Source: Escherichia coli (lineage in GTDB: Bacteria > Pseudomonadota > Gammaproteobacteria > Enterobacterales > Enterobacteriaceae). Taken from it: 64,000 nucleotides of DNA. The position numbers were made by a program, and so were the translations under genes. This document shows, piece by piece, positions 23,172 through 33,924 of this stretch (the first letter of the stretch is position 1; the number at the start of each line of letters is the position of its first letter). The notes beneath the pieces were generated by a model. The model did not search any database, was not told where the DNA came from, and saw only the letters and a list, made by a program, of their open reading frames with translations. The stretch lies in assembly GCF_016026235.1 (NCBI RefSeq), contig NZ_CP065613.1; one strand, written 5' to 3'.

Positions 23172-24356
23172 ATGACTAAACCCACTCATGAGCTTAGCCC
23201 GGCGCTGATCGTGCTGATGTCGATCGCCACCGGTCTGGCGGTCGCCAGCAACTATTACGCCCAACCGCTGCTCGACACTATTGCGCGTAACTTTTCCCTC
23301 TCCGCCAGTTCGGCGGGCTTTATTGTTACCGCCGCGCAGTTGGGCTATGCCGCAGGTCTACTGTTTCTTGTTCCCCTCGGTGATATGTTTGAACGCCGCC
23401 GCCTGATTGTCTCGATGACCTTACTGGCAGCGGGCGGTATGTTAATCACTGCCAGCAGTCAGTCACTGGCGATGATGATCCTCGGTACGGCATTAACCGG
23501 TTTATTCTCAGTCGTGGCACAAATTCTGGTTCCGCTGGCAGCGACGCTGGCTTCACCGGATAAACGCGGCAAAGTGGTTGGCACCATTATGAGCGGTCTG
23601 CTGTTGGGGATATTGCTGGCACGAACCGTTGCCGGGTTACTGGCAAACCTCGGCGGCTGGCGCACCGTCTTTTGGGTTGCCTCGGTGTTAATGGCTCTGA
23701 TGGCGCTAGCATTATGGCGTGGTCTGCCACAAATGAAATCAGAAACCCACCTCAACTACCCACAGTTGTTGGGTTCCGTTTTCAGCATGTTTATCAACGA
23801 TAAGATCCTGCGCACCCGCGCATTGCTGGGCTGCCTGACTTTTGCCAACTTCAGCATTCTCTGGACCTCGATGGCCTTTTTGCTTGCCGCTCCACCTTTT
23901 AACTACAGCGATGGCGTAATTGGTCTGTTTGGACTTGCGGGAGCTGCCGGAGCGTTGGGCGCTCGTCCGGCGGGCGGTTTTGCCGACAAGGGCAAATCGC
24001 ACCACACCACAACATTCGGTCTGCTTCTGCTGTTACTTTCATGGCTGGCAATCTGGTTTGGTCACACTTCCGTACTGGCGTTGATTATCGGCATTCTGGT
24101 GCTGGACCTCACCGTACAGGGCGTGCATATCACTAACCAGACGGTAATTTATCGAATACATCCTGATGCGCGTAATCGCCTGACCGCAGGTTACATGACC
24201 AGCTACTTTATTGGCGGTGCCGCCGGTTCGCTAATTTCAGCCTCAGCCTGGCAACATGGCGGTTGGGCTGGCGTTTGTCTGGCTGGCGCGACGATTGCCC
24301 TGGTTAACTTACTGGTCTGGTGGCGAGGTTTTCATCGTCAGGAATCCGCAAATTAA
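23172..24356 (+). CDS. ygaY: MFS-family transporter (uninterrupted)
   Basis: 394-aa ORF with about 12 predicted hydrophobic segments; sits where K-12 carries the split ygaX/ygaY pseudogene, as I recall. Confidence 0.75.
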   Translation: MTKPTHELSPALIVLMSIATGLAVASNYYAQPLLDTIARNFSLSASSAGFIVTAAQLGYAAGLLFLVPLGDMFERRRLIVSMTLLAAGGMLITASSQSLAMMILGTALTGLFSVVAQILVPLAATLASPDKRGKVVGTIMSGLLLGILLARTVAGLLANLGGWRTVFWVASVLMALMALALWRGLPQMKSETHLNYPQLLGSVFSMFINDKILRTRALLGCLTFANFSILWTSMAFLLAAPPFNYSDGVIGLFGLAGAAGALGARPAGGFADKGKSHHTTTFGLLLLLLSWLAIWFGHTSVLALIIGILVLDLTVQGVHITNQTVIYRIHPDARNRLTAGYMTSYFIGGAAGSLISASAWQHGGWAGVCLAGATIALVNLLVWWRGFHRQESAN

Positions 24357-24479
24357 GCAATCAGCAACCGTTTTCGTGGCTTTACACTTATAAGGGTGTT
24401 AAGAAGCCCATCAGTCTGATAAGGTTAAGATATTCATTCAGTCTATTTATAATATTAACAATCGTTAAGCGTACACTCT

Positions 24480-25217
24480 ATGGAAAGCCCTACTCCACAG
24501 CCTGCTCCTGGTTCGGCGACCTTCATGGAAGGATGCAAAGACAGTTTACCGATTGTTATTAGTTATATTCCGGTGGCCTTTGCGTTCGGTCTGAATGCGA
24601 CCCGTCTGGGATTCTCTCCTCTCGAAAGCGTTTTTTTCTCCTGCATCATTTATGCAGGCGCGAGCCAGTTCGTCATTACCGCGATGCTGGCAGCAGGGAG
24701 TAGTTTGTGGGTTGCTGCACTGACCGTCATGGCAATGGATGTTCGCCATGTTTTGTATGGCCCGTCACTGCGTAGCCGTATTATTCAGCGTCTGCAAAAA
24801 TCGAAAACCGCCCTATGGGCGTTTGGCCTGACGGATGAGGTTTTTGCCGCCGCCACCGCAAAACTGGTACGCAATAATCGCCGCTGGAGCGAGAACTGGA
24901 TGATCGGCATTGCCTTCAGTTCATGGTCATCGTGGGTATTTGGTACGGTAATAGGGGCATTCTCCGGCAGCGGCTTGCTGCAAGGTTATCCCGCCGTTGA
25001 AGCAGCATTAGGTTTTATGCTTCCGGCACTCTTTATGAGTTTCCTGCTCGCCTCTTTCCAGCGCAAACAATCTCTTTGCGTTACCGCAGCGTTAGTTGGT
25101 GCCCTTGCAGGCGTAACGCTATTTTCTATTCCCGTCGCCATTCTGGCAGGCATTGTCTGTGGCTGCCTCACTGCGTTAATCCAGGCATTCTGGCAAGGAG
25201 CGCCCGATGAGCTATGA
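24480..25217 (+). CDS. ygaZ: Branched-chain amino acid (L-valine) exporter subunit, AzlC family
   Basis: 245-aa membrane ORF; overlaps ygaH. Confidence 0.85.
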   Translation: MESPTPQPAPGSATFMEGCKDSLPIVISYIPVAFAFGLNATRLGFSPLESVFFSCIIYAGASQFVITAMLAAGSSLWVAALTVMAMDVRHVLYGPSLRSRIIQRLQKSKTALWAFGLTDEVFAAATAKLVRNNRRWSENWMIGIAFSSWSSWVFGTVIGAFSGSGLLQGYPAVEAALGFMLPALFMSFLLASFQRKQSLCVTAALVGALAGVTLFSIPVAILAGIVCGCLTALIQAFWQGAPDEL

Positions 25218-25542
25218 GGTTCTGCTGCTTGGGTTACTGGTTGGCGCGGCGAATTATTGCTTCCGCTATTTGCCGCTGCGCCTGCGTGTGGGTAATGCCC
25301 GCCCAACCAAACGTGGCGCGGTAGGTATTTTGCTCGACACCATTGGCATCGCCTCGATATGCGCTCTGCTGGTTGTCTCTACCGCACCAGAAGTGATGCA
25401 CGATACACGCCGTTTCGTGCCCACGCTGGTCGGCTTCGCGGTACTGGGTGCCAGTTTCTATAAAACACGCAGCATTATCATCCCAACACTGCTTAGTGCG
25501 CTGGCCTATGGGCTCGCCTGGAAAGTGATGGCGATTATATAA
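25207..25542 (+). CDS. ygaH: L-valine exporter small subunit, AzlD family
   Basis: 111-aa hydrophobic ORF overlapping ygaZ by 11 bp. Confidence 0.85.
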   Translation: MSYEVLLLGLLVGAANYCFRYLPLRLRVGNARPTKRGAVGILLDTIGIASICALLVVSTAPEVMHDTRRFVPTLVGFAVLGASFYKTRSIIIPTLLSALAYGLAWKVMAII

Positions 25543-25632
25543 CCCACAAGAATCATTTTTCTAAAACAATACATTTACTTTATTTGTCACTGTCGTTACT
25601 ATATCGGCTGAAATTAATGAGGTCATACCCAA

Positions 25633-26163
25633 ATGGATAGTTCGTTTACGCCCATTGAACAAATGCTAAAATTTCGCGCCAGCCGCCACGAAGATTTTCC
25701 TTATCAGGAGATCCTTCTGACTCGTCTTTGCATGCACATGCAAAGCAAGCTGCTGGAGAACCGCAATAAAATGCTGAAGGCTCAGGGGATTAACGAGACG
25801 TTGTTTATGGCGTTGATTACGCTGGAGTCTCAGGAAAACCACAGTATTCAGCCTTCTGAATTAAGTTGTGCTCTTGGATCATCCCGTACCAACGCGACGC
25901 GTATTGCCGATGAACTGGAAAAACGCGGTTGGATCGAACGTCGTGAAAGCGATAACGATCGCCGCTGCCTGCATCTGCAATTAACGGAAAAAGGTCACGA
26001 GTTTTTGCGCGAGGTTTTACCACCGCAGCATAACTGCCTGCATCAACTCTGGTCCGCGCTCAGCACAACAGAAAAAGATCAGCTCGAGCAAATCACCCGC
26101 AAATTGCTCTCCCGTCTCGACCAGATGGAACAAGACGGTGTGGTTCTCGAAGCGATGAGCTAA
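25633..26163 (+). CDS. mprA: MarR-family repressor MprA/EmrR
   Basis: 176-aa [35 protein letters not shown]...; precedes emrAB. Confidence 0.95.
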
Positions 26164-26210
26164 CGCGCATCTCGCTCAAAAATCCAGATTTATAAAAGAA
26201 AAAATGACTG

Positions 26211-26240
26211 GCCAGCATCGCAACATGCTGGCCTTTTTGG
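26211..26240 (+). terminator. Intra-operon hairpin with T-run between mprA and emrA (candidate attenuator)
   Basis: gccagcat-cgcaac-atgctggc followed by ctttttgg. Confidence 0.55.
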
Positions 26241-26288
26241 CAAGCAGGTCGGCTCAGCCGATGAGTTAAGAAGATCGTGGAGAACAAT

Positions 26289-27461
26289 ATGAGCGCAAAT
26301 GCGGAGACTCAAACCCCGCAGCAACCGGTAAAGAAGAGCGGCAAACGTAAGCGTCTGCTCCTCCTTCTCACCTTGCTCTTTATAATTATTGCCGTAGCGA
26401 TAGGGATTTATTGGTTTTTGGTACTGCGTCACTTCGAAGAAACCGATGACGCATACGTGGCAGGGAATCAAATTCAAATTATGTCTCAGGTGTCTGGCAG
26501 CGTGACGAAAGTCTGGGCCGATAACACCGATTTTGTAAAAGAAGGCGACGTGCTGGTCACTCTCGACCCGACAGATGCTCGCCAGGCGTTTGAAAAAGCC
26601 AAAACTGCACTGGCTTCCAGCGTTCGCCAAACCCACCAGCTGATGATTAACAGCAAACAGTTGCAGGCGAATATTGAGGTGCAAAAAATCGCCCTCGCGA
26701 AAGCACAAAGCGACTACAACCGCCGTGTGCCGCTGGGCAATGCCAACCTGATTGGTCGCGAAGAGCTGCAACACGCCCGCGACGCCGTTACCAGTGCCCA
26801 GGCGCAACTGGACGTCGCGATTCAACAATACAATGCCAATCAGGCGATGATTCTGGGGACTAAACTGGAAGATCAGCCTGCCGTGCAACAGGCTGCCACC
26901 GAAGTACGTAACGCCTGGCTGGCGCTGGAGCGTACTCGTATTGTCAGTCCGATGACCGGTTATGTCTCCCGCCGCGCGGTACAGCCTGGGGCGCAAATTA
27001 GCCCAACGACGCCGCTGATGGCGGTCGTTCCAGCCACCAATATGTGGGTGGATGCCAACTTTAAAGAGACGCAGATTGCCAATATGCGCATCGGTCAGCC
27101 GGTCACTATCACCACCGATATTTACGGCGATGATGTGAAATACACCGGTAAAGTGGTTGGTCTGGATATGGGCACAGGTAGCGCGTTCTCACTGCTTCCG
27201 GCGCAAAATGCGACCGGTAACTGGATCAAAGTCGTTCAGCGTCTGCCTGTGCGTATCGAACTGGACCAGAAACAGCTGGAGCAATACCCGCTGCGTATCG
27301 GTTTATCCACGCTGGTGAGCGTCAATACCACTAATCGTGACGGTCAGGTACTGGCAAATAAAGTACGTTCCACTCCGGTAGCGGTAAGCACCGCGCGTGA
27401 AATCAGCCTGGCACCTGTCAATAAACTGATCGACGATATCGTAAAAGCTAACGCTGGCTAA
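26289..27461 (+). CDS. emrA: Multidrug efflux membrane fusion protein EmrA
   Basis: 390-aa ORF from MSANAETQTPQQP...; N-terminal transmembrane anchor and coiled-coil region. Confidence 0.95.
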   Translation: MSANAETQTPQQPVKKSGKRKRLLLLLTLLFIIIAVAIGIYWFLVLRHFEETDDAYVAGNQIQIMSQVSGSVTKVWADNTDFVKEGDVLVTLDPTDARQAFEKAKTALASSVRQTHQLMINSKQLQANIEVQKIALAKAQSDYNRRVPLGNANLIGREELQHARDAVTSAQAQLDVAIQQYNANQAMILGTKLEDQPAVQQAATEVRNAWLALERTRIVSPMTGYVSRRAVQPGAQISPTTPLMAVVPATNMWVDANFKETQIANMRIGQPVTITTDIYGDDVKYTGKVVGLDMGTGSAFSLLPAQNATGNWIKVVQRLPVRIELDQKQLEQYPLRIGLSTLVSVNTTNRDGQVLANKVRSTPVAVSTAREISLAPVNKLIDDIVKANAG

Positions 27462-27477
27462 TCCAGAGGTGCGTGTG

Positions 27478-29016
27478 ATGCAACAGCAAAAACCGCTGGA
27501 AGGCGCGCAACTGGTCATTATGACGATTGCGCTGTCACTGGCGACATTCATGCAGGTGCTGGACTCCACCATTGCTAACGTGGCGATCCCCACTATCGCC
27601 GGGAATCTGGGCTCATCGCTCAGCCAGGGAACGTGGGTAATCACTTCTTTCGGGGTGGCGAATGCCATCTCGATCCCGCTTACCGGCTGGCTGGCAAAGC
27701 GCGTCGGGGAAGTGAAACTGTTCCTCTGGTCAACCATCGCCTTTGCTATTGCGTCGTGGGCGTGTGGTGTCTCCAGCAGCCTGAATATGCTGATCTTCTT
27801 CCGCGTGATTCAGGGGATTGTCGCCGGGCCGTTAATTCCGCTTTCGCAAAGTCTATTGCTGAATAACTACCCGCCAGCCAAACGCTCGATCGCGCTGGCG
27901 TTGTGGTCGATGACGGTGATTGTCGCGCCAATTTGCGGCCCGATCCTCGGCGGATATATCAGCGATAATTACCACTGGGGCTGGATATTCTTCATCAACG
28001 TGCCGATTGGCGTGGCGGTGGTGTTGATGACACTGCAAACTCTGCGCGGACGTGAAACCCGCACCGAACGGCGGCGGATTGATGCCGTGGGGCTGGCACT
28101 GCTGGTTATTGGTATCGGCAGCCTGCAGATTATGCTCGACCGCGGTAAAGAGCTGGACTGGTTTTCATCACAGGAAATTATCATCCTTACCGTGGTGGCG
28201 GTGGTGGCTATCTGCTTCCTGATTGTCTGGGAGCTGACCGACGATAACCCGATAGTCGATCTGTCGTTGTTTAAGTCGCGCAACTTCACCATCGGCTGCT
28301 TGTGTATCAGCCTCGCGTATATGCTCTACTTCGGCGCTATTGTTCTGCTGCCGCAGTTGTTGCAGGAGGTCTACGGTTACACGGCAACGTGGGCAGGTCT
28401 GGCCTCTGCGCCGGTAGGGATTATTCCGGTGATCCTGTCGCCGATTATCGGCCGCTTCGCGCATAAACTGGATATGCGGCGGCTGGTAACCTTCAGCTTT
28501 ATTATGTATGCCGTCTGCTTCTACTGGCGTGCCTATACCTTTGAACCGGGTATGGATTTTGGCGCGTCGGCCTGGCCGCAGTTTATCCAGGGGTTTGCGG
28601 TGGCCTGCTTCTTTATGCCGCTGACCACCATTACGCTGTCTGGTTTGCCACCGGAACGACTGGCGGCGGCATCGAGCCTCTCCAACTTTACGCGAACGCT
28701 GGCGGGGTCTATTGGCACGTCGATAACCACGACCATGTGGACCAACCGCGAGTCGATGCACCATGCGCAGTTGACTGAGTCGGTAAACCCGTTCAACCCG
28801 AATGCCCAGGCGATGTACAGTCAACTGGAAGGGCTTGGGATGACACAACAGCAGGCATCAGGCTGGATTGCCCAGCAGATCACCAATCAGGGGCTGATTA
28901 TTTCCGCAAATGAGATCTTCTGGATGTCAGCCGGGATATTCCTCGTCTTGCTGGGGCTGGTGTGGTTTGCTAAACCGCCCTTTGGCGCAGGTGGCGGCGG
29001 AGGCGGTGCGCACTAA
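27478..29016 (+). CDS. emrB: Multidrug efflux MFS pump EmrB
   Basis: 512-aa 14-TMS-type ORF from MQQQKPLEGAQL... with poly-Gly C-terminus. Confidence 0.95.
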   Translation: MQQQKPLEGAQLVIMTIALSLATFMQVLDSTIANVAIPTIAGNLGSSLSQGTWVITSFGVANAISIPLTGWLAKRVGEVKLFLWSTIAFAIASWACGVSSSLNMLIFFRVIQGIVAGPLIPLSQSLLLNNYPPAKRSIALALWSMTVIVAPICGPILGGYISDNYHWGWIFFINVPIGVAVVLMTLQTLRGRETRTERRRIDAVGLALLVIGIGSLQIMLDRGKELDWFSSQEIIILTVVAVVAICFLIVWELTDDNPIVDLSLFKSRNFTIGCLCISLAYMLYFGAIVLLPQLLQEVYGYTATWAGLASAPVGIIPVILSPIIGRFAHKLDMRRLVTFSFIMYAVCFYWRAYTFEPGMDFGASAWPQFIQGFAVACFFMPLTTITLSGLPPERLAAASSLSNFTRTLAGSIGTSITTTMWTNRESMHHAQLTESVNPFNPNAQAMYSQLEGLGMTQQQASGWIAQQITNQGLIISANEIFWMSAGIFLVLLGLVWFAKPPFGAGGGGGGAH

Positions 29017-29025
29017 GTACAACTA

Positions 29026-29052
29026 AGCCAGTTCATTTGAACTGGCTTTTTT
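29026..29052. terminator. Bidirectional hairpin terminator between convergent emrB and luxS
   Basis: agccagttca-ttt-gaactggct followed by tttttc, with A-rich run on the other side. Confidence 0.75.
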
Positions 29053-29079
29053 CAATTAATTGTGAAGATAGTTTACTGA

Positions 29080-29595
29080 CTAAATGTGCAGTTCCTGCAA
29101 CTTCTCTTTCGGCAGCGCCAGTTCTTCGTTGCTGTTGATGCGCACGTCACGTTCCAGAATGCTACGCGCAATATCCTGCGCTTCCTGCAACGAGTGCATC
29201 TGGTAAGTGCCACACTGGTAGACGTTCAGTTCCGGGATCTGATTCTGATCCTGCACTTTCAGCACGTCTTCCATTGCCGCTTTCCAGGCATCAGCAACAC
29301 GCTGCTCATCTGGCGTACCAATCAGACTCATATAAAAACCGGTGCGGCAGCCCATTGGCGAGATATCGATAATCTCTACACCATTACCGTTAAGATGGTT
29401 ACGCATAAAACCAGCAAACAGGTGCTCCAGGGTATGGATCCCTCTTTCTGGCATCACTTCTTTGTTCGGCACGCAGAAGCGCAGATCGAACACGGTGATT
29501 GCGTCGCCATGCGGGGTGTTCATTGTTTTCGCCACCCGAACTGCAGGCGCTTCCATCCGGGTATGATCGACTGTGAAGCTATCTAACAACGGCAT
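29080..29595 (-). CDS. luxS: S-ribosylhomocysteine lyase (autoinducer-2 synthase)
   Basis: 171-aa [26 protein letters not shown]... with HxxEH metal motif. Confidence 0.95.
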
Positions 29596-29663
29596 TTAGC
29601 CACCTCCGGTAATTTTTTTAAAAATTTTCTGAACTCTTTCTTCCCAGGCGAGTCTGAGTATAT

Positions 29664-29735
29664 GAAAGACGCGCATTTGTTATCATCATCCCTGAATTCA
29701 GAGATGAAATTTTGGCCACTCACGAGTGGCCTTTT
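29664..29735 (+). ncRNA. micA: MicA (SraD) Hfq-dependent small RNA
   Basis: gaaagacgcgcatttgttatcatcatccctgaattcagagatgaaattttggccactcacgagtggccttttt matches the MicA sequence as I recall it, including its terminator hairpin; lies between luxS and gshA. Confidence 0.9.
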
Positions 29736-29744
29736 TCTTTTCTG

Positions 29745-31328
<1,584 letters not shown>

Positions 31329-31373
31329 TTAATTAGCATAACTGTAATGGTGACCATATGTGCAGGCCTACAA

Positions 31374-31802
31374 TTAGTGCCACCACATCATGCCCTGAAC
31401 GGTCGCTGCTGCAACTGCAACATAGCGTAACGCTTTACCAAGGCACAAAAAAAAGATTACCGGCCCCCAGGAGATGCGCATCCATCCCGCTAACAGACAC
31501 AGTAAATCGCCAACCACGGGCATCCAGCTTAATAATAGCGTGACTGCACCATAGCGTTTCAGCCAGCCGGTAGCTTTCTCTTGCCAGCGCGATGTTTTAC
31601 GCAATGGAAAGAAACGCCCAAGGATAACGTTAGTTAACCCTCCAAGGCTATTACCCATTGTTGCTGTTAAAACTAAAACCCAGGGATGACTGATCCCGGA
31701 AAGCAACATTGCCACCAGCACGACTTCGGAGTTGCCGGGTAATAGTGTAGCGCTGAGAAAACTACTGGCAAACAACGAGAAAAGCGATAACGCTTCACTC
31801 AC
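31374..31802 (-). CDS. yqaA: DedA-family inner membrane protein
   Basis: 142-aa hydrophobic ORF; synteny after gshA. Confidence 0.85.
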   Translation of the reverse strand: MSEALSLFSLFASSFLSATLLPGNSEVVLVAMLLSGISHPWVLVLTATMGNSLGGLTNVILGRFFPLRKTSRWQEKATGWLKRYGAVTLLLSWMPVVGDLLCLLAGWMRISWGPVIFFLCLGKALRYVAVAAATVQGMMWWH

Positions 31803-32183
31803 AGCAAGCGAACATCCACAGCGTCCATGCCTGCTGCACGGGCCGCCTGAATACCGAAATCGGCATCTTCAAAGACCACACACTGCGTCGGTTGCACGCC
31901 CATACGCTGCGCGCACAACAAAAATGTGTCTGGCGCGGGTTTATGGTGTTTGACGTGATCAGCAGCGACGACGGCGTCAAAATAACGGCGTAATCCCAGG
32001 TGCGCCAGCAATGCCTCAGCGATGGCGCTTTCACTCCCCGTTCCTACCGCCATTGGCCGACGTCCATGCCAACTGAAGACCGTAGTGCCCTAATACTTCG
32101 CGCCACGCTTTACGGTGCGTAGGCTCCGTATCCAGGATTGTGCCATCCATATCAAAAATTAAACCTGCATAACGCTCGTACAT
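31799..32183 (-). pseudogene. yqaB: HAD-family sugar phosphatase YqaB disrupted by an internal deletion with frameshift
   Basis: Hand translation: ATG at 32183 gives MYERYAGLIFDMDGTILDTEPTHRKAWREVLGHYGLQ (HAD motif I) then out-of-frame LAWTSANGGRNGE and stop at 32031-32033; the C-terminal 84-aa frame (32053..31799, MAVGTGSES...HKPAPD...FEDADFG, HAD motifs II-IV) is in a different frame; the cap-domain region between them is absent. Confidence 0.8.
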
Positions 32184-32465
32184 GGTCTTCTCGCAAGTCG
32201 AAAAATATGACGCTACTTTAGCGTAATTGCTTGATTTTGTCGCTGATGGAGAAGGAGAAGAAAATTCAGGAAATGGATAAAGTAGTTATTTAGAAATGAG
32301 ATATTTTTGAAGGAAATTTTTTGGAGAATATGGTGCATCTGGGAGGATTACTCGCCTTGCGGCTCGCCCTTCGGGCCGTTGCTAAAGCAACGTTATCCTC
32401 CCTGGTGCCTGCAGTTAATACCCCTACCTCTTCGATATCTTCATTGCTGAAGATTTCGGAGAATA

Positions 32466-32542
32466 TGGTGCATCCGGGAGGATTCGAACCTCCGACCGCT
32501 CGGTTCGTAGCCGAGTACTCTATCCAGCTGAGCTACGGATGC
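32466..32542 (-). tRNA. tRNA-Arg (anticodon ACG)
   Basis: Reverse complement GCATCCGTAGCTCAGCTGGATAGAGTACTCGGCTACGAACCGAGCGGTCGGAGGTTCGAATCCTCCCGGATGCACCA. Confidence 0.95.
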
Positions 32543-32740
32543 ATCGGGAAAATTTATTTTACTGCTGATATTGATATCGCTACTAAAGCCATATCAAGTA
32601 AGAGATGGTGCATCCGAGAGGATTACTCGCCTTGCGGCTCGCCCTTCGGGCCGTTGCTGGCGCAACGTTATCCTCCCTGGTGCCTGCGGTTAATTCCGCT
32701 ACCTCTTCGATATCTTCATTGCTGAAGATTTCGGAGAATA

Positions 32741-32817
32741 TGGTGCATCCGGGAGGATTCGAACCTCCGACCGCTCGGTTCGTAGCCGAGTACTCTATCC
32801 AGCTGAGCTACGGATGC
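32741..32817 (-). tRNA. tRNA-Arg (anticodon ACG)
   Basis: Identical 77-nt tRNA-Arg sequence. Confidence 0.95.
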
Positions 32818-33016
32818 ATCGGGAAACTTACTTTACTGCAGATTTTTTGATACCGCTACTAAAGCCGTATCAAGTAAGAGATGGTGCATCCGGGAGGATT
32901 ACTCGCCTTGCGGCTCGCCCTTCGGGCCGTTGCTAAAGCAACGTTATCCTCCCTAGTGCCTACGGTTAGTACCGCCACCTCTTCCATACCTTCATCGCTG
33001 AAAGTTACGGAGAATA

Positions 33017-33093
33017 TGGTGCATCCGGGAGGATTCGAACCTCCGACCGCTCGGTTCGTAGCCGAGTACTCTATCCAGCTGAGCTACGGATGC
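33017..33093 (-). tRNA. tRNA-Arg (anticodon ACG)
   Basis: Identical 77-nt tRNA-Arg sequence. Confidence 0.95.
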
Positions 33094-33096
33094 AAA

Positions 33097-33189
33097 TGGC
33101 GGTGAGGCGGGGATTCGAACCCCGGATGCAGCTTTTGACCGCATACTCCCTTAGCAGGGGAGCGCCTTCAGCCTCTCGGCCACCTCACC
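33097..33189 (-). tRNA. serV: tRNA-Ser (anticodon GCU)
   Basis: Reverse complement GGTGAGGTGGCCGAGAGGCTGAAGGCGCTCCCCTGCTAAGGGAGTATGCGGTCAAAAGCTGCATCCGGGGTTCGAATCCCCGCCTCACCGCCA with long variable arm. Confidence 0.95.
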
Positions 33190-33504
33190 ACACGCCTCTT
33201 ACGAGTGCTTCGAAGAACTTGTTTATCGCTCATCGTCGCTGCGTGGCGCACATATTACTTTCTGAGACTTATAAGTCAAACAATTTTTCCCACACTTTTA
33301 TCGTTTGCACACTTCACGCTCAATTAGTCTGTAAAAACGTCAAAAAGAGTGTTTTATCAACAGAAAAACGGAGGTCTGACAGATAGCAGTAATGTAAAAA
33401 AATGGAGACTTAAGTTGAATGAACGGGAGTAAAGCGAAAAGACTATAGAGTGAAGGAGAAATTTTGAGGGTGCGTCTCACCGATAAAGATGAGACGCGGA
33501 AAGA

Positions 33505-33690
33505 TTAGTAACTGGACTGCTGGGATTTTTCAGCCTGGATACGCTGGTAGATCTCTTCACGGTGAACAGAAACTTCCTTCGGGGCATTTACGCCAATACG
33601 TACCTGGTTGCCCTTTACCCCTAAAACTGTCACGGTGACCTCATCCCCAATCATGAGGGTCTCACCAACTCGACGAGTCAGAATCAGCAT
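33505..33690 (-). CDS. csrA: Carbon storage regulator CsrA (RNA-binding global regulator)
   Basis: 61-aa [64 protein letters not shown]. Confidence 0.98.
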
Positions 33691-33924
33691 TCTTTGCTCC
33701 TTGAAAGATTAAAAGAGTCGGGTCTCTCTGTATCCCGGCATTATCCATCATATAACGCCAAAAAGTAAGCAATGACAAACACATTACATCTAAGCAGTCA
33801 TGGCATTACATTCTGTTAAACCTAAGTTTAGCCGATATACACAACTTCAACCTGACTTTATCGTTGTCGATAGCGTTAATGCGAATGCCGTGAAGCGAGT
33901 CCACGGCATTGCCTGACGCTTATA

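Larger units (their letters stand above)
32321..33016 (-). repeat. Three copies of a ~140-nt tRNA-spacer element that begins (in transcript sense ends) with a tRNA-Arg 3'-end mimic
   Basis: Near-identical elements at about 32321-32465, 32599-32740 and 32881-33016, each containing tggtgcatc(c/t)g(g/a)gaggatt followed by actcgccttgcggctcgcccttcgggccgttgc... Confidence 0.8.

Noticed and set aside
32321-33386. ORFs of 74-134 aa beginning MVHPGG/MENMVHLGG, and a 98-aa ORF
   Set aside because: They overlap tRNA-Arg and tRNA-Ser genes and their repeated spacers; each Met is the complement of the tRNA CCA end region
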